From Balanoglossus misakiensis (lineage: Eukaryota; Animalia; Hemichordata), in contig CM082594.2 in NCBI GenBank assembly GCA_040954595.2, positions 5,961,962 through 6,025,961 of the forward strand: 64,000 nt of DNA. The letters run 5' to 3'. Below the pieces are notes generated by a model. The model saw only the letters and a list, made by a program, of their open reading frames with translations. It ran no database searches and was not told where the DNA came from. Positions 38,401 through 47,800 of this stretch are shown one piece after another (position 1 is the stretch's first letter; each line of letters opens with the position of its first letter). The translations under genes and the position numbers were made by a program.

Positions 38401-41257
38401 CAGCAAATCTTCATGTTGTCCCCCCATGGAGACGAACAATTCGACCCAACTAATTTTATTCTTATCTCGTCGTTTTTGAAGAAATTGTCAGCAGAATCGC
38501 CGAAGGACGAGATCCGCCGTTCAGACCACGACTAGAGGTCGACTCTTGCCCGGGAGAAGTGCGGAGCCTGGTGACGCGTTGCTGGGCAGAGAATCGCCAC
38601 GATCGACCGAGCGTGGACGCCTTAAGATCAGCCGTCCAAAAGTTGAACAGGTAGTGAATTTCGTTCTTTAAAACATGTTCCCGTGCAGAACAGAAAAGCA
38701 TATCGCGTGTTATAGCGTAATGTGTCCTATCATAGGGCCGTTCACAAAATGCAGCCATGTATGGACACCGCCCATATTAGACAAATGTTCAAGTGTTAGT
38801 CAGGTATCAAACTTTCAATGGCTGTTTCATCCTTGCAGAAACAACCCCCATGGTGACAACATTATGGACAACCTTTTGACCAGAATGGAGCAGTACGCGA
38901 ACAACTTGGAAAGTCTGGTCGAACAGAGGACGGAGGCGCTGCTTGAGGAAAAGAGGAAATCTGAACAATTGTTGCACAGTATTTTACCTCAGTAAGTTCT
39001 ATCGATCGACAGTGATGGGAATACATGTACGTACGTGACATGCGCCATCTAGCGTGGCCATTGATATTTCTGTCATTTTGATGTCAAGACACACGTAGAT
39101 CGCAGAACGTCTCAGTCGGTGAAGTTGAGAGCCCACGGATGTTCAGTTTATTTGCATGAACACAATTATTTCCGACCAAAATCCTTGTCAGCTTGAAGAG
39201 CGAAACTAAATTCCATGTGTTTTGACCCCTCCCGTAGTTCGGTAGCTAAACAGCTGATACGCGGCGAAAACGTGGAACCGGAGAGTTTTGACACGGTGAC
39301 AATCTACTTCAGTGATATCGTCGGTTTTACCGCTTTGAGTGCCGGGAGCTCGCCCTTACAGGTATGCTAATGCACATACGTTAGTGCAAACCTTTGCTTA
39401 TCTCACCTGAGTGATTCAAATCTTATTTTTTAGTTCGACATCAACGATGTAGAGCTAGAAAAGTACAGTTTGACTGAAACTAACTTAAGTCTACAACCTG
39501 TATTAATATTACTGCCATTCTTAAAAGGCTGCCACAAAAAATCTCCACAATTTTTTATCGGAAATAAGTGTACAAGCTAATACAAACTCCCACGGATTCA
39601 ATTATCCTAAACGTCGCTCGCTCATAAATAACTTAAACCTCTCCAATCAGTGCTCTTTCATCTTATAGTTATTGCGAAGGTAAAGGTCATTACAGTTGAA
39701 TTCATCAGCAATAAATCCAACGTATTAATGCTTCATAAATCATAAACGCTTCAGTGACCGATTTTCCGCGTGCGATAATCCGCGGCGTGTTAAATTTATA
39801 GTGGGCTTAAACCTTAGGTATTTGCGTCTTGTGTTTTTACAGGTTGTAGATCTGCTGAACGACCTCTACACCTGTTTCGATGCGCTGATTAATAACTTCG
39901 ACGTGTACAAGGTGAGTACTGGTATAGTTTACCAAGGCATGTCGATGTTGTACTCACAATGTTTCTACCCTTTCTGTATATCTCTCTGGGGATCTATTTG
40001 CTCTTCCCCGAACACGCATAAGCTTTCCTTATACCCGAAGTTGTCAACAATCAAAGTGATATAAAAAAATCTTATCCTTGACTATCACTGTCACTGATAT
40101 CATCATTTTACTTTTTTCAGGTTGAAACTATCGGCGATGCCTACATGGTGGTGTCGGGTCTGCCGATCAGGAACGGCAACACGCACGCGCGTGAGATTGC
40201 CCGGATGTCGCTAGCCTTGCTGAAAGCCGTGTCGACCTTTACTGTTCGACACAAGCCCGAGCACAAGTTGAAATTAAGAATAGGGATCCATTCTGGTAAG
40301 ACTGTTGTAATAAATGTTTAAAACGACCCAAGAGCGATCCAAATTCTAGGATTTTTGACAGTCGATGCGATTTTACGTAAGCAATCAACGTCTCAGTAAT
40401 ATGCAAATTAAGGAAACGTGTTTGTAGGCTAATCATTTCGAGAAGAGACCTCTAAAATGTGTTGTTTGCGATTGTCAATTGTTCTTTCTGCACTCACCTC
40501 AAGTAACTGTCATCCAGCTGCAGGATCACAACATGCTATACTCCAGAAGCAGTTCACAAACTCATCTGACAGGCTCCTGGACGATGTATTTTACCGCCAT
40601 CCACATGCGTGTAGTGCTATCCTCAGTGTAATAATGAGCGAGTGTTCTGCATTGACAGCCACGGATTCTTCTCCTTTTCAGGGTCCTGCGTAGCGGGCGT
40701 GGTTGGTCTGAAAATGCCGCGCTACTGCCTGTTCGGTGACACAGTCAATACGTCATCGAGAATGGAATCAAACGGCGAACGTAAGTTTCCTGCGTTCGAC
40801 TAAATTGTCTTGATGTATCAGGTACTGCAATAGTTCAATATAATGGCGTTTTTGCCCAAGAGCGAGCAGAACAACTCGATGCGTGCCAATGCACATATGT
40901 AAATTCATCGGAGCAAACACATTTTCTGAATTTCTCTGAAACGTTTATTTTTTCAGCTCTCAAAATCCACTTAAGTTCGTCAACATACTCCATTTTGGAG
41001 ACATTTAAGACCTTCCGGATGGAACGCCGGGGCGAAATGGAAATGAAGGTAAAGTTGAGAACCGTTGCTAACAGATACGCGTACCAATTATCCGTTGTCG
41101 TCACATTGTCGAAGGGTGACTCACTAACACAATATTTCACGCTCACACACAGGGAAAGGGTATTCAGACAACATACTGGTTACTTGGCGAAGATCCTGCG
41201 TCGGAACCAGACAGCACGCAAGGCGCTTTACATCAAAAGTCAACGAACTCGCTCTGA
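22708..41257 (+). CDS. NPR1-like: Gene 1: membrane (receptor) guanylyl cyclase, natriuretic peptide receptor A/B-like; complete, 21 coding exons, 1067 aa
   Basis: Exons splice in frame with GT-AG boundaries (3204 nt total). Domains in order: signal peptide, ANF-receptor ectodomain (DSAC..IIGPAC), WPGG..PACG juxtamembrane, single TM, kinase-homology domain ([23 protein letters not shown]), signalling helix (MEQYANNLE), cyclase ([38 protein letters not shown]). Exact orthology not established. Confidence 0.95.
25120..25340 (-). mobile_element. Possible decayed Penelope-like (GIY-YIG) retroelement fragment in intron 1
   Basis: Minus strand [10 protein letters not shown]...VYIIYKTRN, then frameshifted [13 protein letters not shown] and RHHLKE; resembles the linker and the VIY-F-C...YVGxT-R-L-R-EH motif of Penelope-like elements. 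Confidence 0.4.
25852..26147 (+). CDS. Gene 1 exon 2 (ectodomain)
   Basis: TTCTCAG| [31 protein letters not shown]...FTDEI |GTGAGT. Confidence 0.92.
27244..27379 (+). CDS. Gene 1 exon 3 (ectodomain)
   Basis: [16 protein letters not shown]...MWNRTFT; AAG acceptor, GTAGGG donor. Confidence 0.9.
27702..27796 (+). CDS. Gene 1 exon 4 (ectodomain)
   Basis: [32 protein letters not shown] |GTGAGT. Confidence 0.92.
30243..30317 (-). mobile_element. Degenerate tRNA-derived (SINE-like) head
   Basis: Minus strand TGACTGAGTGGTTCAA (A-box-like)...CCGGACTATGCAATCGGAAG...GGACTCAAGCCC (B-box-like); cannot fold into a full cloverleaf. Confidence 0.3.
30406..30464 (+). repeat. TC/TCTG microsatellite serving as the polypyrimidine tract of exon 5
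   Basis: TCTGTCTCTCTCTGTCTCTGTCTCTGTCTCCCCC immediately before the TAG acceptor at 30471. Confidence 0.7.
30472..30604 (+). CDS. Gene 1 exon 5 (extracellular juxtamembrane)
   Basis: [44 protein letters not shown] |GTACGT. Confidence 0.9.
31044..31128 (+). CDS. Gene 1 exon 6 (transmembrane helix)
   Basis: [28 protein letters not shown]; CCTTAG acceptor, AG|GTAAGA donor. Confidence 0.9.
32818..32950 (+). CDS. Gene 1 exon 7
   Basis: [22 protein letters not shown]...SLAMD |GTGAGT. Confidence 0.9.
33451..33525 (+). CDS. Gene 1 exon 8
   Basis: [25 protein letters not shown], 75 nt like the paralog exon. Confidence 0.85.
34015..34092 (+). CDS. Gene 1 exon 9 (kinase-homology domain)
   Basis: [26 protein letters not shown]. 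Confidence 0.92.
34618..34722 (+). CDS. Gene 1 exon 10
   Basis: [35 protein letters not shown]. Confidence 0.93.
35440..36500 (-). mobile_element. Decayed non-LTR retrotransposon (LINE) fragment: ORF1 C-terminus plus APE endonuclease N-terminus, antisense in gene 1 intron 10
   Basis: ORF1-like [10 protein letters not shown]...SDSFASL...PHIPDGSVF followed by endonuclease-like [11 protein letters not shown] (~35752-35784), GSSAISW and ILCVYMPT (35509-35532), with stops and frameshifts. Confidence 0.65.
36850..36921 (+). CDS. Gene 1 exon 11
   Basis: [24 protein letters not shown]. Confidence 0.93.
37656..37818 (+). CDS. Gene 1 exon 12
   Basis: [39 protein letters not shown]...NLS |GTTAGT. Confidence 0.92.
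37965..38114 (+). CDS. Gene 1 exon 13
   Basis: [39 protein letters not shown]...NVK. Confidence 0.92.
38482..38650 (+). CDS. Gene 1 exon 14
   Basis: [15 protein letters not shown]...[11 protein letters not shown]...KLN, 169 nt like the paralog exon. Confidence 0.9.
38839..38991 (+). CDS. Gene 1 exon 15 (signalling helix)
   Basis: [44 protein letters not shown]. Confidence 0.93.
39238..39361 (+). CDS. Gene 1 exon 16 (cyclase)
   Basis: [41 protein letters not shown]. Confidence 0.94.
39843..39911 (+). CDS. Gene 1 exon 17
   Basis: [23 protein letters not shown]. Confidence 0.94.
40121..40295 (+). CDS. Gene 1 exon 18
   Basis: [19 protein letters not shown]...LRIGIHS. Confidence 0.95.
40682..40780 (+). 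CDS. Gene 1 exon 19
   Basis: [32 protein letters not shown]. Confidence 0.95.
40957..41048 (+). CDS. Gene 1 exon 20
   Basis: [30 protein letters not shown]. Confidence 0.93.
41153..41257 (+). CDS. Gene 1 exon 21 (stop)
   Basis: [37 protein letters not shown]. Confidence 0.92.
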   Translation, partial: GKGIQTTYWLLGEDPASEPDSTQGALHQKSTNSL

Positions 41258-41648
41258 AATTAAAGGACACGCATACCAAAATTAATGAATTATCTTGTAA
41301 ATATTCAAAATGTGTATATATATGAATTTTACTGACCAGAGAGTACACTTAAGACAACTCACGAAATTACTTAATGTTTTTGGCGACATGGGATTTTTCC
41401 GTATATTCAGACAAATATTATTACATTTCATGTTATATGTAAGTGTGGAACTATTATTGTCTTTTAGAAACGGGAGAGTTGTATATATATATATATATTA
41501 TGTATAGTATATCTATGTTTTTACTCGTGCAGAGAGACGAACGTGGTGTTGAGCCACTGTAAACTGATTTGTAATTCGGGAAAAATCTTGATAATGTCCT
41601 TAGGTCTAATTTATAGGCAGACCTAAATCTCTTGTATAAATTTATTGG

Positions 41649-41654
41649 ATTAAA
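41649..41654 (+). terminator. Candidate poly(A) signal (ATTAAA) of gene 1
   Basis: ATTAAA ~390 nt after the stop, following an AT/TGTA-rich UTR-like tract; usage not shown. Confidence 0.35.
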
Positions 41655-41925
41655 GTAAGTTATTTCATACTACACGTATAATCTCAACATGTTCAATCGG
41701 TGATTATACCACTTTTACCATATAAAGATCACAATCTACCATCGCATGGTGGAAATCCGTTTGTCGATGATTTGCCCTAATAGACCATTTTCGGAACTCC
41801 ACGAGACCCCGCGAGATCTCGCGTGGCTAGACATTTTATATGGAAGGCACCACGGCGTTGCTCTCTGAGGGTGGGTTAATCACACAGTAAGAGACAATAT
41901 GTTACACAAAATTACAGGGTTTACC

Positions 41926-41931
41926 TTTATT
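41926..41931 (-). terminator. Candidate poly(A) signal (AATAAA) of gene 2
   Basis: TTTATT on + strand; the preceding minus-strand sequence is U/G-rich like a 3' UTR. Alternatives exist near 44116, 42686 and 41641. Confidence 0.35.
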
Positions 41932-42192
41932 ATTAAATTTCTGTATTTACACACTGCGAAATGTGTTAAATTATTCAAAACAAATCATAAAATGTGAAAT
42001 TTGACATTCTCAAATCATCACACTGATTTGAAACATAAAATCGTAAGAATGAACTAAATCAATTTGAAATATGCCAATTTGATGAGAATTTGAAATAACA
42101 CCACTTGGTTACGTGGCTCACCAGTACAGACATCAAATTCATACACCAAGAGTTCTGGGTCACCCTGACCTACAGCTTGTATATTTTCACAA

Positions 42193-42330
42193 TGATGGTT
42201 AGGTTCGGCCACAAAGTCAGTCCACTGATAATTCAAGTTCGAGAAAGAGCGTATCTGCTCTGTCCCGTTTCCACCTCTCCAAGTTGTTTGCTTCATAAGG
42301 TAAGGGATTCATGGCCGAACCTCACCAACA
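42193..42330. repeat. 138-bp element bounded by 19-bp inverted repeats (MITE-like)
   Basis: TGATGGTTAGGTTCGGCCA ... TGGCCGAACCTCACCAACA (17/19 complementary). Confidence 0.55.
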
Positions 42331-44699
42331 GATCCTTACACTCAGAATACGATTCTACCACTGTACATGTACATACAATGTATACAGCAAAACGTTCAAC
42401 TTTCCCTAAATAACGATTTTCATCGAATATATACAGATTTGTTGATAGATTTGTGCATTGTAGTTCCCTTCACGGATGCATATATCACAAACGGCAGGAA
42501 ATTCTCATTAAAAATCACCTTTCGAGATTTCGCAAATGATTTACGTACATCGGACAGGTATCGCCCGACGCTGCAAGTCATCTTATGAAGAAGCCACCGC
42601 AATCAATGGCGGCGATTTTCTGAAACTCATGAAGATAACTGTTAATGTGGATACAATGCTAAGATTAATGCTGCTACTAAAGTATTTATTTCAGGTTTGA
42701 AATGCTGATAAGGTGGGTCGCGTCAGTCGCACCCACTGGCGACCGCCGTTTCTACAAGAAAATTTGTGCAAAAATTTTACATGCAATATTATAACACCCA
42801 CAAAACGGTCACGGTCACCGTAGGTGGCGTGGTCGTGACGAGTCCCAACATTTTCACTGACACCCTTAAACTACCACAGCGTTGCAAGATATTTTCAACA
42901 AAGGAAAACTAAAAACGGCAAAGCCATTTTTCAGGTGGTTCTGACTTCAACAAGTGAAGGGTTAGTGGATTAATTAATACCAACAGGTTTCTATGATAAC
43001 GCCGTTGTTAGTAAAGTATACAAGCTAACATTGAATAGTCCTTTATAAATAGCGGTTAAAAGAGACGGGGTTGATCCTGGTGATCTTGTTTTCTCATTCT
43101 GATTGTGAATTCTTGGCAATTTCATAAACTTCTGCCATCGAATTGTCAGGCCAACGCCTGTCGGATTACTCTTTTGCAAATAACGGTCTGCCTGGCTTGC
43201 AAATTCCTAAACAAATATCACGTTTTTTTTTATAAATCACTGATTTCTTTACCTTCAAATTAAAAAAAAAGAAACAATCTTTGTCGAGTCTCTGCGAGAC
43301 CTTTTAAAATGGCAGGAGTACGATAATGAAAATATATGTAATAATTTAAAATAAATTCATAGGAAAGCGCCGCTGATGGCAAGACAAATGCTCTTGAGCA
43401 CGGCCCAGGGAAGTCTTGCATCGGCAGAAGTTCCCCAGGACCTGCATATCCGAATTAAAAATAAAAATAAACTGTTTAAAAATAATAATTAGATTCAGCC
43501 AACGCTCTTGCGATCAGAAAGAGTTTCTTAGTAAACTGGGTATTGTAAAACTCAAGTTAAGCTATATCGTTTACTCTGTACGTAAAGTCGACACGACTTA
43601 AACGCTTAAAAATATGAAAGTCAGAGATATACATGTATACCTATTCTTGTACGAAACACACTTTTCAAATTGGTGCAATCCATATACGCACCACACACCA
43701 GTTCGGTTATGTCTTTAGTTATTATTCTACTAAATTTGCAAATTTCTACACGATAAATATTTGGTGCCCCCTAAAAACTCACACAACTCCTGGATACGCA
43801 TGAACTGAAAAAGTTGATGTTATTCTAATCGGACTATCCTTAGCAACGATGAAACTAGATTTCTATGGAATGCTTGTAACAGTTGCCTAATACCAGCTGA
43901 GCCAACACGCTGCGACCCTGGCTTGTCAAGGTCGCCTTGAACTTGAAAAACGATGTGAACCCCTTTGAGACCGCCCGCCATTTAGTGCCGAAGGCAGTCT
44001 GTTTTTTTATACCCCTTTAAAATATTTTACACAAAGTCACCCACAATAACTATATAAGCTCTACCTAATAATATTGTATTACAGATTACAGCTCTGCCGC
44101 GATTCTAATAAGTAATTTATTACAAAGTTACTTGTATATACAAATTGGTATTTTGTTCGAATATTCCTATAGCTTAATTAAAGGCCCACATGAACTCCGA
44201 AAAGCATGATTCTGTCTAAGGTTTTTCTTTTTCGGAGTCTGTTTTAACAAGGGGATAACGATGTCCACTTTTTGTACTGAAACACAATAAACATGCAGTT
44301 GTTCAAGACGTATAAAACAGTCGTTTGAGGTTAACGTCTGACTAATCTGGTACAGCTACATACTTTTGGATGTGTGCCTATGCCTATGTCGCCACCCCTT
44401 TCGAGAAACGTGCGTTATTTACAGCTCTAAATCGATAAAACACCCCATTTGTAAATATGTAAAAAGTCGCGTGATTACATCATGACCGCCAACGCAACGA
44501 CTACTGGTTTTGACGTGTTTCCGCTTCCGGCCAACCACCCTGAGAAATCATCTGACGTGCGATTTTCTTTGAAACGCATGAATCCCTTGGTCCCAACGCA
44601 AGACTATCTGCAATAATTTGCTTCAGATCGCTCCTTTGTGAATTTCTGCGATGCGAGAGAGGCCCATTCTCCTCTGGTTTTGGTCTCCCGGCAAATACT

Positions 44700-44807
44700 C
44701 TAATAGTGGTCGATGAGGGGCCCGTTCGCACGCGGTATGTGGCCGTTGGTCTTCTTCTCGGGCACATCCTCGCCGAGCAGCCAGTACGTAATCTGTTTCC
44801 CCTTTCC
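44700..44807 (-). CDS. Gene 2 last coding exon
   Basis: [38 protein letters not shown]. Confidence 0.92.
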   Translation of the reverse strand, partial: GKGKQITYWLLGEDVPEKKTNGHIPRANGPLIDHY

Positions 44808-47800
44808 CTGTTGGATAAAAATGCACAGATAAGGTGCCTACCTTTGTGTTTACGATGAAAGTCGCGTCTGAGTTTCTCACTACATACATGTAGACCAACA
44901 TGGCTCAGCGGCACGTTCGACAACACTATGAATACCAAATCACACCGTCTGCGCAGCCACGCTAGAATAGCACCGCGCATCAACGAACAAACAAACAACG
45001 GTGGTACAAACAAACGGACAAACAATGGCGGCTTGATTTAATAGTATGCATGAACGGCGTGTGAACTGAATAATCCGTGTTACCTTCATTTCAACCTCTC
45101 CTCGCAGTTCGAGTATAAACGTTTCAAATTTTTTCAGGATGTCATGGGTCTGCGAACTCATGTGGATCTTCAGTGCTGTGGGCATCAAAATAACAGAGAA
45201 TGATTAATCAAGTACACATCGTCACCGGTAGATGGGTTGGATGACATACGCTCACAAGTGCAACCACGAAATTTTTTTTTCAACCGTTGTTACTTTCAGC
45301 GATATACATCTTTGACCCAAACATCTTGCCTGACGATTCAAAATTACTAGAAGTGTCTTACAAGAGTTTTCCCGTCCACAAACAACATTATAGTGACACG
45401 TACGGTGACCATCATCTGACAAAACTTAGTTCCTTTATTACACGATTAAATGAACTATTTAGCGACTTACGTAGTCCGTTCGATTCCATTCTTGATGCGG
45501 TATTTACAGTGTCGCCGAAGAGACAGTAGCGAGGCATTTTGAGTCCGACAACACCGGCACAGACCATACCTGTTAATAAAGATAGATTGGGATTTTTAAC
45601 TTTTAGATCTTAGGAAGAGCTCGGTGTATGCATGCGAACACCCCTGATGTTTCTTGCGTTTAACTTCGGGCAATATTCTTCAAAACGTCACCCCATGAGT
45701 ATATACTGGGTTAGGGATTGCTTTCTATTAGCACAAGGAATTCTGGCGTACTTAAAGAAGCGCGGGAACTGTAAGTGTGAAAAATCACAACGGTATACCC
45801 GGATATTGTGTTTCCCCCCCCCCCTTTAAAAATGTTTATTAGTGCTGACGTCACACGTGTCCATAGCATCAAAAGACAGACAAGTGAGTGAGCGCACCTG
45901 AATGAATTCCGATTCTCAGTTTCAGCTGCTCGGACGGCAAGTGCTTGATCCTAAATCCGTTGATGACGGCGTTCAGCAGCGCCAGCGCCATCCTGGCGAT
46001 CTCCCGGGCGTGGAAGTCCCCGTTGCGGATCGGCAGTCCCGACACCACCATGTACGCGTCGCCGATGGTTTCCACCTGTCAGGAGGCGAGGCACAAACAT
46101 CAAAACTTAAGTAACGCCGTGCGGGGCTCGATCCGTCATCAACAACGACAGCGTTCACAGAAAACACGACCCGCGGGAGGCAGAGATTGTATCCCACTTG
46201 ATCCCACAGTATCCGATTCATGAGACTCTAGAGGGCTCCCTGCGTGATTTATTTGCCACGGACGAATCGTTTTAAGTAAACTTTCGGCGACCTCGAACAA
46301 TTTTTCTTCTGTGTATAAACTTATTACTTGATTCGCGTCCACGTGGAAACGTCAACTCTGACAACGAAAGAACAATCGCCAGTAAGAGTATTCCTGACAC
46401 TGATCTCCACAACAAGCCGTTATACTGGCGTACCACAGAATGCGTGGTAGGCATCGATGTCAGACTGGACCTACCTTGTATACATTGAAAATGTCGATGA
46501 TTCCATCAAAGCACGTGTACAGATCATTCAGCATGCTAACAACCTGGGTGGATAGGAAATGATATCATAAATGTTACATACAGGCCATGAATGGTTAATT
46601 TTACGAATCAGTGCACTAGCTCTTAACAGACTTCAAGATTTTAGAACTGTGGTCAACTGCCACTGGTGGCGCTGGTCACAGATCTCCGTTTTTTTTGGCT
46701 TTTTTGGACGCAGCATACACAACGGACGGGGCAATTTCAGAGCAAATTTAAGGGACTTGTGCCCCGCAGAACTTTAAGCGAAGTGCCGTAGCCTACCTCC
46801 ATGGGTGTGCTGGCCGCGGACAGCTTCGTGAAGCCCACGATATCACTGAAGAAGATAGTTACACTGTCGAAGGACTCGGCGGCCACGGTCTCGCCTCGCT
46901 TCAACTTCTCCGCCACCGATCTGCAGAATAATTATCATATGCATTCGGCGGTTACATCAAAGAGACCAGGACTGTGTAGCAACACAGGAAAAACATGACG
47001 CAAGCAGCCATAATCACTTCTAATAAATAACGAATGTCAAAAATGTCTACTTCATCATGCATTATCAATATGATGCCGTGATGTCCATTTTAGATAAGGG
47101 TTATTATTAATGCTCTTACTTTCAGCTTTGATATGCGCAATGCATTTGTCGGTGCCCATGAAATATGATAGGAAGCGAAAGCAGTCCACTACTTGAATGC
47201 GTCGTACGCAAAATTTGAAGAACATTTGGACTGGACGTAATGTTTATACACACAGAATTACGCACATGCGCATAAGACGATCGTCGGCCTTTAAGAGTGG
47301 TGTTACAGCAGGACTAAGACTTTTTGGAACGAAAGCAGCTTAATTAAAAATTACATCATGCACGAAGTCGTCGACCGTGTTGTCGTTAGGGCGGGAACCT
47401 ACTTTGGCAAGACTTGGTACAGCAGCTCTTCGGCTCTTCGCTTCTCTTCGTAGAAGGCCTCCGTCCTTTCCTCCACCAGAGTCTCGAGGTTATTTGCATA
47501 TTGTTCCATCCGTTGCAATAGATTGTCCAGGATATTTCCAGTGTTGCTGTCGTTGGTTCTGAGGGAGAAAACAAAACAGCACGTCAGTCATCATTCGCTC
47601 GCTGGTGACGTCAATGGATGTGAAATATCGTGATTGATCCGAGGGTGATTGGCTTAATGGATGAGAAGATTACTGACGTCTTGAGTACAGCATGATAGCA
47701 TCGTTCGCCGGAGATAGAGATCTTTGCTGTAAAAATCGGAGACAGTGTGCCCCAGAAATGAAAACCTGATAGGCCAAGGAGATAGTGGTCAGTGGCGAGA

